Position numbers and translations under genes: made by a program
Assembly: GCA_004022145.1 (NCBI GenBank)
Contig: RCNU01000003.1
DNA length: 64,000 bases
DNA from: Paecilomyces variotii
Taxonomy: Eukaryota
Direction: 5' to 3' (one strand)
Part shown: positions 36,145 through 50,812 of the stretch, one piece after another
Layout of the letters: each line of letters begins with the position of its first letter
Position numbering within the stretch: the first letter of the stretch is position 1
Notes under the pieces: model-generated
What the model saw: only the letters and a program-made list of their open reading frames with translations
Database searches by the model: none
What the model was told of the DNA's origin: nothing

Positions 36145-38171
36145 ATGACATCAACGACTTTGATGACCTTTCTCCTGTGAGTATACGTCTGCAGACAACT
36201 TAATGCTTGAACTTTGTCTAACTGTGATAGTCGCACTTCTCCCGATATCAGATCCGTCCAGCTTTTAGGATCGTGGGATAATTTCTCTAAGCCTTATGCC
36301 ATGGAACATGATAAACGAATCGGCGCCGGACACTGGAGAGGCTGCCACACATTTACCAATATTATCTGCGATGGTTCAAGGAGCAGTCCGTCTGCGGGAC
36401 GATCTGGTGGCCTGAAAATGGGAGGAACATACTGGTATTATGTAGGTTCTCCTGCGTCACGAATGGGTTGGAGATGTACTTACTATCATAGTATGTGTTG
36501 GACAACGACGAGGAGTTCTATAATGAGGCAGAGCCAGTGACAACTTCGTGTCCTTTCCTTCCCGGACAGCCAGTGAATGTCCTCAACGTCCCCGTCATCC
36601 TTCCCGACACGCAGACGAGACATAAGCGAGACAGCAGTGTCAGTCCCTGGCTGTCAGATCAACGAACAATGAACCCCGAAGACAAGTACATGAACCCCAG
36701 GACTCCTCCCAAGCCCGAGCTCCCTCGGCTGAGAACCTCCCCTCCGCTACCCCAAGGGGACTTGTCAATATGGTCTTCACTCCTCACATTACCACTACAT
36801 GCCGTTGTCCACAGGAGCGCTTCCCAGCCGGCAAGCGTCTCTTCGACCCCCGACCTCTGCGCTTCGAAGGAACCGGCCAGGAAAGAAGCCCGGTCTGTGT
36901 CCCCTTCAAAATCTAGAGGACTTAAAGATGCATTTCGAAACTGGACGCCGCAGCGATCCGCGTCTCCTCATGCTGAAGAGAGCAGGGGTCGCCCAGCGGC
37001 CAGGTGGGAGAATAACCGACATTGTGCTGACGAGCAGTGGCTTCTGGTTCCGGAAACTGGTTACTGTTCCTCTGATTCTAACTCAAGGCAGGCCTCGCCT
37101 GCGAACAAAGGAGTTGATTCCCCGGGAACACTTCACTTCCGGCGCCATCACTTTGACACGAACGACGGTCAAGCTTCACTGTCTATCCAGGATCGTCGGT
37201 CTGCAAAATTCATTTCCAGAGATTCATCACCGTTTGGGAACCACTTGACAGTTAATACGCCCAGAAAATACGCCCCCCATTGCGACTATGTAGAGCTTGA
37301 AGATACCTCCTACCGCTGTCATTCTCCATTCCCAGCTTCAATTGGCAGAACACCTCGAGCAACGGACGAAACTCCTACCCCACGAGCATATAATAATGCC
37401 GACGAGAAAAGATTGCCTACTCTGCCAAATTCCCCCTCGTCGGTTATGGACGAGGCCTTGCATGCCCTCGATTCAGAAAATGCAACGCTGGACATGGATG
37501 TTTTGCAGAGCCATTTCTCCGACTGGACCTCAGCGGACGAGTCTTGTGCTGAGGATCTCCCCGTGAGCCGATTCTCGGCATGGAGCACGGATGACGAAAC
37601 CGAGATGGTTTCCCCCGCATCAATGACGTCCTCATCGACCTTCAACAATGATAAGCGTAATTCACCGACTTTAAGTGGCGTCTCGAGCGGGCTGGGGGTG
37701 TCTAACAGCCGGAGCCACGCTTTGTTTCACGGGCCGGTGACCCCTACTTTAGATGCAATCCCCGAGTGTTCCACAACCACCACGATCGTGGATAGCTCTC
37801 CAGCTTTACCATTCTCGTCAGGACTGCCGCCTCTTCTCATCACTCCAGATGATCTGAGGATATCCGGGTTGTGTATTTCTACCCCGAAAGAGCCCGATTG
37901 CACACTTAAGCGACACGCCGGGATCTTTGACAGCTTCGGGCCGAGGGATGACATCCCTCAAGCACCAGACAGCGCCTCATCAGCGGGCACTATATTCCCA
38001 GAACAAAGAAACGACACCGAGAACTGCGGCATGAAAACTGATAAGGACGATGACAGGTTAGGGCGATTCAACGACTCTGCTCTATCTCGCTCCTCCGTCA
38101 TGCAGGAATTAATGGATGAACTGAGTTACTTAGGGGACGTGATCCAGGTGGAGGCAGATAATGTTTGCTAG
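36145..38171 (+). CDS. Protein with an N-terminal AMPK-beta/CBM48-like glycogen-recognition-type domain and a long Ser/Pro-rich disordered region (3 exons)
   Basis: SVQLLGSWDNFS..Y.M...GHWRG and GLKMGGTYWYYYVLD across the splice. C-terminal MQELMDELSYLG. Confidence 0.7.
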
Positions 38172-38611
38172 GCGTTGTGATAACTGGATGGCATTTGCGC
38201 CGCGGAGCTAGCGTGTGTTTTTGTTTTCATGTTTCAATGTACCGAAAAGGCCGGGAGTTACAGTTATGCCCATGTACAGTAATAAGAATAGAATAGATAG
38301 CATCTCGTTGCTCGACATCATGGATCCATCTAATGAACAATATAAGTTTGCTCAAATATAGGTAGTTACTACTACATGATGATCGTTGCTAGGTACTGGC
38401 GTAGTCAACTTTCGGCAAGCCGTAAGTTAATTACACCCTTCGCATACCTACGAAAACCCCATGCCAAGCAAAAAAACAACCATACCCACATCTCCCGCAA
38501 CCCACCCGCAGGACTACTGTAGTATTCCCATCCCAGCAGTGGAAGAAAAGACAGTAACAATGAGAACGAAATAATAAAATCCTCACTGACAGGCTGTCCT
38601 CCGCCACAAAC

Positions 38612-41600
38612 ATGGACGAAGGCCATCATCTTATGCGCAGCCAGCCGCGGCTGACCGCCGTCGCGGAGAAGACGCTGCCGGCAAAATGCAAACCGGACTC
38701 CCTCGTGTACTGTCCGACGATGGACCTTGTCGCGCTAGCTTCGCAGGACGAGCAATTGCATGTGTTTCGTCTAAATGGGCAGAAGGTATTTGGCGGTTCG
38801 TTTCGAGGTGGGGACGCGTACTTTGATTATGACGATGATGAAGACGAGGAGGATGGGAAGGGAGAGGTCAGGAGGCTTAAGTGGAAGGATGATGGTAGGT
38901 TTTTTTGTTTTGTTTTTCTCTTGGTGATTTTCTTTTGGTTCTGATTATTGTTTGTCTTCTCCTCAATGTCCTGTTGGATCTTCTTTACATTGTTATGTTG
39001 CTCTCGTCGACTTATATCGTCTTTCTTATTGGGTGGTCCGCTTCCTTCAGGATTCACCGTCCTATGGTCCTTGTCTTCCTCATGGTCTAACGGTATACCC
39101 AGGGCATCTCCTTGCTGTTGCATGTGGAGATAATACAATTCGCGTTATGAGCTCCTACAGTGGCAAGATCATCCATCATTATCCAGCCCGACAGCAGGAA
39201 GATGACCGTTCTGAGGGGCCTACAGAACAGGCCCCTAAGATCACTTGCTTGGGGTGGGGAGTCAACTTCACAGATTACAACGCTATGCGGCACCATCTCA
39301 AAGACAACACTACTCCGTTTTCTCTGGAAAGTGTTCTGTCTCAGGAAGCGCCCCCGTCCAAGGCGAATCTGCTGAAGGCTGACTTGCCAAGTGAGTTGGC
39401 AATGCTAGACGTAGAAAGCTCCTTACCAAAGCTGAGTACATTGCCAGGTACAGGAAGTGAGTGAGTATTTTCCTGTCTTTCTCTATTGCTATCGTGTTAG
39501 ATTTGTTTGCGCTGATTTGGTCCGCAGTGATGATGTTTTCAGTTCCCGGGCGTCTGTGGACGCCATTTTCCACTCTAATAAAACCTCTAGCGACACCGTT
39601 GATGTGCTAGTGGTCGGGTTCGATGATGGCACCATCCATCTCCGGATATTTGACTGCTTTGAGATTGGATCATTTGATCTTGGGAGCCCCGATCCTGTTT
39701 TGAAGTCTTGCAGGCCCTTATTGCATGCCGCACACCCGATGAGCTCCACGCATGCGCTGCTGATATCAACGCGCGGTTCAGAATCCGAGAAGACGACTCC
39801 TTTACGCCTCTTAACCTTAGATCTGCGATTTATCACGAAATCAGGCCGGTATCTATCTCTGCTCGCGTCGAAGACGACTCAGCTGCAGAATCTGTTGAGG
39901 TATATCGGCCAGGTTCAGCGACAGATCCAGCTGGAATGGAAGAATGCTTTGGAGCTTCCCGCTAGATTCATGCGGAGCATTAACGATGATCTCCAGGCGA
40001 AATGCCATTGTGACTTTGTGACTGGACTTTATCATCTTGTGGTTACTGGGGATTGCTTCGAGCCCTTGAAGGAGTTCCTCGTGGACATTGTATCGGAAAG
40101 GGTACACCAATATGCTACAACCCTCAAAGTATAAATACAGTTGAGATTATGCTGACACATATCCAGGGCCATAAACGGTGGGAGAAGGCTGTTCAGAATG
40201 GTTACGAAAACGTCCGCAGACTCACTCACGAATGTCTGCTTCCAGCATTGGAAAGAAGCCTAGTCCTGCTCAGCAGACTGACCGGGCTGTCAAAGTTTCA
40301 GAAACTGAGCGGTGTCCTTGGGCTTGAAACTAAGGATCTAAACGCGATTGTGGAAACCGTTGACTGTCTCTACCTTCTCTCGCATAAGATATTACTCTAC
40401 ACCAATGAGGAACTGGAGCAATTCCTTGCCTTCTCGAAGTGGCTACGGCACGAGATTGACATCCAAAGTGCGGAGCCGATGTCTCAGACTCTCGAAGAGC
40501 TATTAGAAAAGTCCGATATGATCGATCATCAACGTACATTAAAGTACATACGAGGAGCTATGACGAAAAGTGCCCTGCAGGACTTCATTCAACCTGCTCC
40601 TGGATTAGGCATCAGACCTGCACCTTCTACCGCTGGCAGATGGGCACCTTCTGACCAGAGTGGTTCTTTTTATGAGGAATATAAGAAGCTTCTAGCTCAA
40701 CAAAGCAAGCAGCATCGGGAGAGTCAGAGCGATGGCCGGTTGGAGCTTCCAAAGCTACATGATCTCACTAGCCGCCTGGGGCTGCAATGCGATAAGGTCT
40801 TTGCACAAATCGCGTTGACTCAAAGACGAGGCATCCTCCACCGCTCACCTCTGGCTCTTCATTCTGACTGCGATGAGACCGTCATCGATATAACTATGCG
40901 CCAAGATGTAATGAGTCCCTTATTCAACCTCCTCTTGACGCGTTACTGATTGTGCTTGCAGGATGCCGTTGCGGAACATTCGTGCTCCGTTTACATCGCA
41001 GCAAAGTCTTTGACGTCGAAACATACCTGTTCGTGACCCAGGAACCCCCCTTCCATTTAATACCCTACTGATTGATAACTCCAGTCTATATATATCGGAC
41101 CGTCGTAGAGACGGTTAATGGCGTCAGCTCAACGAAGGGTACGTCCATCGCCGGTGTGTCTCTACAGGAAGGAGACATACGCCAAGTGCAGTTCGTGCAG
41201 GATGATACTATTATGGTCCTCTGGTCGGATACATGTGAGTCACCTGTTCATCGTGCGCTTCCCCAATGAGAGTGCTGACTTGTCCGAAGCGGGATCTTGT
41301 TACCTCCTCGAGTTCCCCTTCATGCCCTCCCCAAGCCAGGCACCAGCCGATGGATCAAATGAGGATATACCCTTCTCCCTGAGCTACGTGGATATTGATC
41401 CCAAATCGGTCACACCTGGCTTCGAAGTACCTTTGGCTGCAATGGTTAATCTATCGGTAGAATCCAAACATGCAGTCCGCATCCGACATGCATTTGCCAC
41501 CGCCGGTGCCAAGTCAAGACCTATCAGAGTCGACGTCAACGGACGCAAGGGCCGCCGCGTTGTCTGTGTGTTGTATGGCGAGGGTCTTCGCTATGAAGTT

Positions 41601-41672
41601 CTTGACTTGGACAATGAAGTCCCGGAGGATGAGGATGAAGGCGAGGTAGACGCTGGGACGATGTCTGATTAG
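38612..41672 (+). CDS. apc4: Anaphase-promoting complex subunit 4 (Cut20/Apc4), multi-exon
   Basis: YCPTMDLVALAS..QLHVFRLNGQ (APC4 WD40 N-terminus), HLRIFDCFEIGSF, LYHLVVTG, GHKRWEKAV, FSKWLRHEID and C-terminal VNGRKGRRVVCVL. Confidence 0.9.
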
Positions 41673-41907
41673 AACGGAGCATAACAAGCAAGCTTCAGTA
41701 GAGCTGTAACTAAAAGGAGCTCTTCTTTTCGAGACATGTGGCTGAAGGTACTCTGTGTCCTTCGCTTTGGAAGCCAAAATAACAAAATCCCAGTACTGTT
41801 TTATTGCCAGAATATAAATCTAGCTAACTATAACCACGGAATACTGAGTAGGATCATGATAATATATATCTCGTGAAGAGAGATCTCCAGCTACTCCCGA
41901 TGCGGTG

Positions 41908-41930
41908 ATATATATATATATATATATATA
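41908..41930. repeat. (AT)n microsatellite
   Basis: About 11 AT units, intergenic. Confidence 0.9.
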
Positions 41931-42853
41931 ACAAACATGTACTACTAGTACTCTCTGAACATCATGGCCAGCGTATATCAGAGTACGGATAGAGGAATCA
42001 TACTGGTCTGAGAAGAGCTTCTAACGCGTTTGAAGAGGCTTCCATGGCCATTTTCAATGTGTCTTTCTTTGTGTGTTGCGCTGGGTCAGCCCCGCCGGTC
42101 GCCCCGGTCGCACAGGGCAGGTGGGCGGATCACCTCCAAGCAGCAAAACCAAAACAAAGACAGGAGGGGAGGGGAAGAGCCATAACAGAAGGCGACCACC
42201 GGCCTCCAAGACCAAGGGAGCTGGTGAAGAGGGCAGCGAGAGGAGAGATGGTAGAGGGAAAGGGAGACATTTGAGGCCAGATAGATAGATACTTAAGATA
42301 GAGAGTGTTTGTGTCCTGTTTTGTTCTGGCAAGGCCATGTCAGGTGGCATCACGTGACGCGATCGGAGCCGCAGCCATTCATCGCCCGCGAGCAGACACA
42401 ACCAGTAATGTCCGGCCGTCAGTCGCTCTGCCCCCCCAGATCTCTAAACTCCCTCCATTCATTCTCGTCTGCCAGTCAGGGCCAGTCTCTTGTCTGTAAT
42501 AATATCTTCCTCCTTCTTCCCTTTCGACGCTCCATCTTGCTGGGCTGCCTTCTCCCTCCTCTGCCTTTTCTGTGTGTCAAGGGGAGACTTTCTCTTTGCC
42601 CCCCCGGGAAAAGGTCGCTGGTGTGCAAGACCTCGTCATATTCCACAAAACCACCATCCTTTCCACATTATAACTCTTTTCTCCGTCGACACTGAAATTC
42701 ATCGCCCCTCTGGATCCTGCAACCACACTCCTTTAACGCGGACAAGCTTCATATCCGGTGCTCTGGGACTTTGCTCCGCCCCTCTGCGGTTTTCCACTTT
42801 GTTTTTTTGTCCTGGCTGCAGTGTAGACCCGGGTTTGTTTTTGCACAGGCACC

Positions 42854-45800
42854 ATGGACGTCAGAGTTGTCTTGGAAGGAACCCTGTCGCCAGGTATGTC
42901 ACCAGCATGGCCGTATCGACGCTACTTCTATATTTTAGCAATATGAGGACCAAGTACAGTTAACCTCTTTTTTTTGTTTACAGATGCGACAACGCGTCAG
43001 AATGCTGAGCAGCAGCTGCTTCACGCGGCGGAGGTAGACTTTGTATGTGGCTGTTCTTCCTCATTTCTCTTTTCTACCGGGGTTCCTGAACCCCAAAATA
43101 TGACTCCATGGCATGCTAATCGAAGCTGTTCTTCTGGTCTAGGCCACCTACCTCACCACCCTCGCCCAAGAGCTCGCAAATGAGACTGCCCCGCCCCACG
43201 TCCGAACGGCTGCTGGTATTGCACTCAAGAACTCCTTCACCTTCCGAGACATTGCTAGGCTGCGCCAGGTGCAAGCACGATGGATTCAGCAGGTCAACCC
43301 AGATGTCAAGGCCCAGGTCAAGAAGCTGGCGATCGATACCTTGGCTTCCAACGACGCCCGCGCTGGTCAGTCGGCTGCCCAATTCATCGTCTCCATTGCT
43401 GCCATCGAGCTCCCTCGCAACGAATGGCCTGAATTGATGAACGTACTGGTCCAGAATGTCGGCACTGGGTCGGATCACCAGAAGCAGGCATCGCTGACCG
43501 CGATTGGCTTCATCTGTGAATCGGATGATCCCGAACTGCGGGAGAGCTTGACAGCGCACTCCAACGCCATCTTGACCGCTGTTGTCCAGGGTGCCAGGCG
43601 TGAGGAGCCGAACATGGAGGTTCGAAACGCGGCCCTTACAGCTCTGGGTGATGCGATCGACTTCGTGCGCTCCAACATGGAGAATGAGGGTGAGCGGAAT
43701 TACATCATGCAGGTTGTCTGCGAGGCTACGCAGGCCGAGGATACCCGCGTCCAGGCCGGTGCCTTTGGGTGCCTGAACCGTATCATGGGATCTTACTATG
43801 ACAAGATGCGCTTCTATATGGAGAAGGCGCTGTTCGGTCTGACTATTATGGGCATGAAAAATGAGGAAGAAGATGTCGCCAAGCTCGCGATCGAATTCTG
43901 GTGCACTGTGTGCGAAGAAGAGATCGCCATTGAGGATGATAATGCTGCTGTAAGTGTCTTCGCGGTCTACTTTGTCAATCTATGCACCGTATCTGACCCG
44001 CATAACAGGCGCAATCTGAGGGATCGACGGAAGTCCGTCCCTTTTTCAACTTTGCACGCATTGCCTGCCGTGAGGTAGTCCCTGTCCTGCTCCAGCTCAT
44101 GTGCAAGCAGGATGAGGATGCCAGCGAGGACGAGTACAATGTTTCCCGTGCCGCCTACCAGGCACTGCAGTTGTACTCCCAGTGTGTAGCTGGCGATATT
44201 GTCCAGCCTGTCTTGGCATTCGTCGAGGAAAATATCCGTAGCGAGGATTGGCACCGACGTGATGCTGCCGTGGCCGCCTTTGGTGCCATCATGGATGGCC
44301 CGGATCTGTCGGTCCTCGAGCCCCTTGTCAAACAAGCACTGCCGGTTCTTATCGGCATGATGGAAGACCCTTCTGTCCTAGTGAGGGACTCTGCTGCTTA
44401 TGCTCTCGGCCGTATCTGCGACTACTGTGCTGAGGCTATCGACCCTGACGTGCACCTACAACCCCTTATTTCTTGCTTGTTCAACGGCCTCGCCAGCACC
44501 CCCAAGATCGCCGGCTCTTGCTGCTGGGCTTTGATGAACCTTGCCGATCGATTCTCCGGCGAGGGAGGTGCTGCCACCAACCCTCTCTCCAAACATTTCG
44601 AGGCCAGCGTCAAGTCTCTGCTCGCTGTTACTGAGAGGTAAGCCCGAGTCTCCTTCCATTGCGTTCGCTTGTTGCTAACCTTTTCTTCAGGGGAGACGCG
44701 GACAACCAGCTGCGGACCGCCGCATACGAGGTTCTCAATTCTTTCGTGACCAACGCCGCCAACGACAGTCTTCCGATGGTGGCCACACTGTCGGATGTTG
44801 TCCTCCAGCGTCTTGAGCAAACTGTACCTATGCAGCAGCAGGTCGTCAGTGTCGAAGACCGTATTACGCTGGAGGAGATGCAGACTAGTCTGGCCAGTGT
44901 GCTATTGGTATGCACCTTTCTTTTTGTGCATATGACTATCCGACCTTTTGCTGACTCTCATCAGGCTATTGTGCAGCGATTGGAGACGGAGATTAAGCCT
45001 CAGGCCGACCGCATCATGCATGTGTTGCTTCAGGTCTTGTCAACCGTGCCTCCCAAGTCGAGTGTTCCAGACACAGTCTTTGCCACCATCGGTGCGGTTG
45101 CGACGGCCCTGGAGGAGGACTTTGTCAAGTATATGGAACCGTTCAGCCCGTTCCTGTACAATGCTTTGGGTAACCAGGAGGAGCCCGGTCTGTGCGCCAT
45201 GGCCATTGGTCTCGTCAGTGACATTACGAGATCGCTCAATGAAAAGGCCCAGCCCTACTGCGACACCTTCATGAACTACCTGCTCAACAACCTGAGGGTA
45301 TTGTCTCCTATGACTCATACGTGAAGGAGCTATTGCAGCTGACAGTTCATATAGAGCACCACTCTCAGCAACCAGCTAAAGCCGTCAATTCTGGAAACAT
45401 TTGGCGACATTGCCCAGGCTATCGGAACCCACTTCGACACATACTTGCCAGTCGTCGCTCAGGTACTCCAGCAGGCATCGAATGTCACTGCTAGCCACGA
45501 TGTTTCGTTCGACATGCTTGACTACATTGTTTCCCTTCGCGAGGGTATCATGGATGCCTGGGGCGGTATCCTCCTGGCTTACAAGGGCACACCACAGGGT
45601 TAGTACTGCTCTCTCTCGTGAGATAACCTTGCTGACAAAAGTAGTCAACCAACTGCAACCTTACATCGAATCGATCTTCCAGCTCCTTCACCTGATCTCT
45701 CAGGACCCAAGCAGAAGCGAAGGTCTTATGAGAGCATCGATGGGAGTGCTTGGGTAAGTTGCATGGGTCCTTTCTTGCTTTTTTTGCTTGCAACTGACGC

Positions 45801-45994
45801 CCCCCAGTGATCTGGCCGATGCCTTCCCTAACGGCGAGTTTGCTGCTTACTTCCGCAACGACTGGGTCACCTCCCTGGTCAGAGAGACAAGAACCAGCCG
45901 GGAGTATGGCCCGCGTACAATTGACACTGCTCGCTGGGCTCGCGAGCAGGTCAAGCGTCAAGTCAACCTGGCTACTGCAGCTGCCATGTCGTAA
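42854..45994 (+). CDS. kap95: Importin subunit beta-1 (karyopherin beta, Kap95 orthologue), multi-exon
   Basis: RQNAEQQL, AAIELPRNEWPEL, SNAILTAVVQG, NEGERNYIMQVVCEATQ, AIEFWCTVCEEE, WHRRDAAVAAFGAIMDGP and HEAT repeats. Confidence 0.95.
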
Positions 45995-47282
45995 GGTTAT
46001 TCCACTAATAGCAACCAGTGACGGGCACCTCTTACTGAGACCGTTCGCTGGTTCTCCCCTTTAACAAACCGCATCGGGTCAATGTGGTAAGGGAAGTGAC
46101 GCCGCGAATGGGACATTCCGAGTCCTTGTGCCGTGACATATGGGCTTGAGAAATTCGCGCTCTGTTCGGCCCAAGTCCTAAGTCCGTCCCGCTCGAGCGA
46201 TCGTGATATGGTGCCTCGTTGATCTGACCTGTGAAGGGCTGATCTCTTCGATCTAACCCCAATGCATCATTGAATCATCCTGCCCTATCTGTCTTCCACC
46301 CCGGCAATTATCCTGCACGATGCCCTCCCCTCCCCCTTCATTGTCAGCCACACCCCTTGTATTTATTAACATATTCTGAGGTGGATGTGGTTGCTTACTC
46401 CCCGACCCCCCTTTTATCACATCACCACTATGTTGTTCTATCCCCTTGATTTAAATTAGACCAAGACCCCGGTTTTAACACCATAGCCCCCGAAAGTCAT
46501 GTATGCCCAAGAAGTCATGTAACCCTTCAAAGGGAAAGAATTATTGCGACGAAACGAATCTGGTTAATTTTAAGGTTGTCATTATTCCTTAGCACTGTTC
46601 ATGGATGGAAGGAATCGGAGTGTGTATTAGAAAGATGTATGTAAGTGTTGAGCTGGGAATCACATACCACACGTTACACTGCCGTTGTAGAGATGTGTTG
46701 TAGAGATCCGTTGTGGAATGAGGGCCACTTCCATAAAGTTTTGATCTTATCACACTTCGGTTACAGCACTGCAATGTATGTACTACCTCTAGGAACTAGT
46801 CTGACGTTCCAAAAGTAGAATGACCACTTGATCTTTATAGATCTGCCCATGATACGTGCCACTGTGTTTTAACCACACTATTACTCATAATCAACTTACA
46901 GATATGTTGTTACCATAAAAACATGTACAATAATAACCAGAGCAATATAAAAAAGCATTTCAAGAGATCATATTTTTCTCTGTGATGTGGCGTTGAGCCC
47001 TAAACCACACTTTCCTCCTTGCCATTCTAATTCCCCCCTCAGTTGCTATATAAAAAGAGCGAGTGTGTGTGTATAGGTCATACCAAAATATATATAGAAA
47101 TATGTACGAATAAGAGCATGTGCATGTGTGAATGAAAGCAAAGCAAAGCAAACAAGTCAGACAATATAGACAGGAGAAAAAGAAAAATAAAGGCATGTAC
47201 TATTTTGGTGTTGGATCCAGAGGGCTTGGTTAAGATCTGAATCGTCGTCGGCATTTCCTTTTTCCCAAGAAGGATGAAGGAT

Positions 47283-48462
47283 CTAGTCATCCAGAGTACA
47301 GCCATGAGCAGCCAGGACCCATCCAGTGAGACGGTTCGCAATGTCAGAAGAGTAGCAGTGGGTAGCGATGCCGTCCTGGAGGTTTCCCGATGAGGCGATG
47401 GAGCCGGAGTTGTAGATACGAGCGGCCTTGTAGAAAGCAGAGGCGTCGGATGCGCCGCTCTCGTTGATGCAGTTGGCGAGACCATCTCCGCTGGCGGTTC
47501 CAGCAGCTGTTGAGGGAGGGAGATGAGTGTTAGATTTTTCTCTTGTTTGATGGGTATATTGCGATTCAATGGGGAAGGAAAGGGGAGAAGTAGGGACAGT
47601 GTAGGTTAACTTACTTCCATCACGAACCATCTGAGTGATCACATCCGGAGGACAGGGTGTCTGAACCGTGTATGGGGAAATATCAGAATTGCAAGTAGCG
47701 TCGCCGTCATGATCCTGCATAAGACCCGGGTTGCGAACTCCATAGTTCGTAGTCGATACGCGGACACATCCACCGGATTCCTGCATGATAGTAGCCAGGA
47801 TGAAACGGTGGTCGACATAGGTCTCCTGAGCGACTTGCTCGATGGCGTCCCAGATCTTGCCGATTTCGTCCTCGCTGTCATTGGAAACGCTGTTTCCGTT
47901 GTGGTCTGTGATTCCCTCGCAGGAGGTGCGCATGGCGACTTTGTTGTTGTTGAACCTGAGTTTTTTGGTTGTTAGCATGCTGGGTTGATTGGAGGGAGTG
48001 ATTTGTTTAGACTTACATGTCCACGAAGGAAACCCTATATATGCATTAGTATGTGTATATTTCTCCTATAGAATGAAGCAAATAGTCTAGACATACCACT
48101 TATCAGTCGTGGGCCATCCATCGTTGGCAGAGCCATCTCCCCAGTACATAGTATACGAGTCAGTTCCAGCGCCAATTCCATCATTGTCATTGATACTTGT
48201 AACAGCAACGCTGGATGTTACAGTTTCTCCTGCCTGAAGAATGCGGGCACCGGCTGGCTCGGTCCTGTTCGGTTGGTAGTTCGGGCCATAGCTGATGTAC
48301 GTCTTGAGGGCTCTGGATACCGCAGCGACGTCTTCACTAGGGAAGGGAGGAGCGGCAGCGAGGCCTGAAATGGAGGCAGCTGCAAGAATCTAATCATTGT
48401 CAGGTGAGAAGATTGGTGTAGAAGAAGTAGAAGCAAGCTCAACTCACGGTGCTGAAGAACAT
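47283..48462 (-). CDS. Secreted lysozyme-like / SLT (lytic-transglycosylase-like) domain protein, multi-exon
   Basis: Spliced signal peptide [48 protein letters not shown] has a candidate catalytic Glu in the ES motif. NPGLMQ and AARIYNSG are also present. Confidence 0.75.
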
Positions 48463-50812
48463 CTTGGTGGATGGATAGGGAGGGAGGATTGTGAGATATT
48501 GGAAATGTTGGGCCCTGGATCTGATTGAATGTAAAAACTTTCTGGTTGTCTCTATTATAATATTCGATATTAACGAGGAAGTATCCCGATTTTATAGTTT
48601 TTTTCTTTATCGTAAAGACAATATGAATGAAAGTAGAACGCCAACTCCGAGATATCCAGCTCTTAGAGAAGAATAAGCAAGTCAAAGCTGAAAAGAAAAC
48701 CACCTACTCCAGACTCCATCCGTGCGCTCCATTGCTGCATGAAGATAGAGAAATGGCTAACGTGAGAAGTTCCATCCATACCCTGGAGGGTAGCATCCAA
48801 GATCAAGAGTTGGTAATCGAGCATCGGTCCATAGGTCGGTTCTGGTACGCGTTCACGAATGACCTTTCCTTCCTCTGTGCGCTAGTTTGCACCCGTCCAT
48901 TGCTGCCCGTAGCTTAATGTATTAATCGTTTTGCTCGATGAGTGCCGAATCAAGAGATAACCCAGTAGGGAGCCATATTTCTGGGCACGTTGCGTGCAAC
49001 CTTTTCTATAGCTAGTTAGTATAGCGTGTGTGCTCATAATATTTGTACCATTATCTGTCAGCACGCACATGTAGAGCTCGATGTGTGTACCAAATCTTCA
49101 GTTAGCGTACTGAACCCTTCGACGTGTTGAACTGGATGGAACTGTAATTACCCTATCACCTGGCCTAGCGAGTCTTCTGGGATCAGAAGCGCTAAAGAGT
49201 CTGCAGGTCAAAACTGAGATAGAGGCTTCTGGTTATCTCTAATCGAGTAAACCCCGAATCCTAACGGAGAAGTAACTTGGCTATATTAGGCAGGTATCAT
49301 GACGCGCGATATGTGCAAAGTGCTTCGCGACTATGTCACCCAATACTTACTTAGCAACACCACTGTCCTGGCTCCAGCCCCTGAATCCGCAGCAGCGGAG
49401 AGAAAAGAAGCTCTTGATGCGATGGAACGAGAAAATCCAGGAACGGTGGCTTCGGGCAGCCTGGAACCTGACGTTGCAGCCATGGTTGAGGACTAAAGGA
49501 GTGGGAAGTTGTTCCTGGATTTCTCCATGGTTAGTGACGTTACTTCGCGATCCTTTAGTGGTTCCTGTGGCGTTGGGATCACAATCTCTGTTCTTGTCAT
49601 GGGTTGTCCGTTGAACTTCCAACGCAGTAGCGATTGTTGCAAGGAATATTCTGTGAGAAAGATGTTGTAAGCAACGTACATGATCTGTAATCTGTAATCA
49701 GCTAGCATGAACTACTGTACAGGACAGGAAAGAAGTCTCAAAACCTGGACATCCACCGGCAAACATCTTGAATACGACCGGGTATTACTTATCTGCAAGC
49801 TTATTTCGACTCTAATCATTGGATAACCAAGAAAAAAAAGCTTAAAGGACAGGGATAGGGATATCAATAAGCTTAGCCAGCGAGGAACTAACTGTTCCAC
49901 GAACGCGTCAGACTTTAGGCAAAGAGCCATGTAGTTTTTTCGGGCTGAATCTCGCGAATCCATTCCAAATGTTCCTGCGCGAACAGATTTTTGTTTTGTT
50001 CTCGGGTCTTCCCGCGTCCCGCCGCTCTACTCAGAACTCAGCGCTAACATTGCTGACAAGATATTGTAGAGTTGCAGATGATCTTTGGTGCTGATGGTTC
50101 TCCCCGTATCTTGACCACTCTAGATCTCGCGTGGTATATCCACTCTATGGTGGTCGATCGATTCTGACGATATTTACGCTTTGGGCGCCATTACTTAAAG
50201 CCATTGCGACCTGAACAGTGCGGACACTAAGTACTTACTGTACCTAGTAGACCAGTTTCCTCTTGTGCAAATTCGTAGAGTCTCCAATCCTCAATCAGGA
50301 CAACAATTTCCGCCAGACCCGACCCTCCTGCATCCAGCTGCAGGGTCTTGATAGGTAGGTAGTAGAATTATAGGTGGACATGCAAAAATTCAGCAGTTGC
50401 AGTGTCTTTCAGACTAAAATCAGCTGAGATAAGCTGCATACTTGTACATCGTGTCAGTGGTTTCTGCTATGTAGGCAGATTATCATGTACGGTCTCTTCT
50501 GTTTGGTTGCTCTTGCAGCTACAGCCTCGGCGGCAGCGATTATAACTCCTCGGCACCGATATCTGCCTATAAGAGAATCCTGGACTTGCCTTCTCATCCT
50601 GAACTTCCGTTACGTTCTGAGTGTGTTATTTAGAGAACATGTACTGATAATATGGAGGAAATGCACTTCATGTTGGGTATAATTATCATATGTGATGGGG
50701 ATACTTCTTGATTACGATGAAATGAGTCTGGTCAATGGAATTTTCAACTTCCACTATCCAAAATCTTGAAAGATGCACATAACAACAGAGAATATCCAAG
50801 GGGGCGGTGCTT

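Noticed and set aside
38827-39138. Hydrophobic or Lys/Asn-rich short ORFs within apc4
   Set aside because: They derive from the T-rich first intron of apc4.
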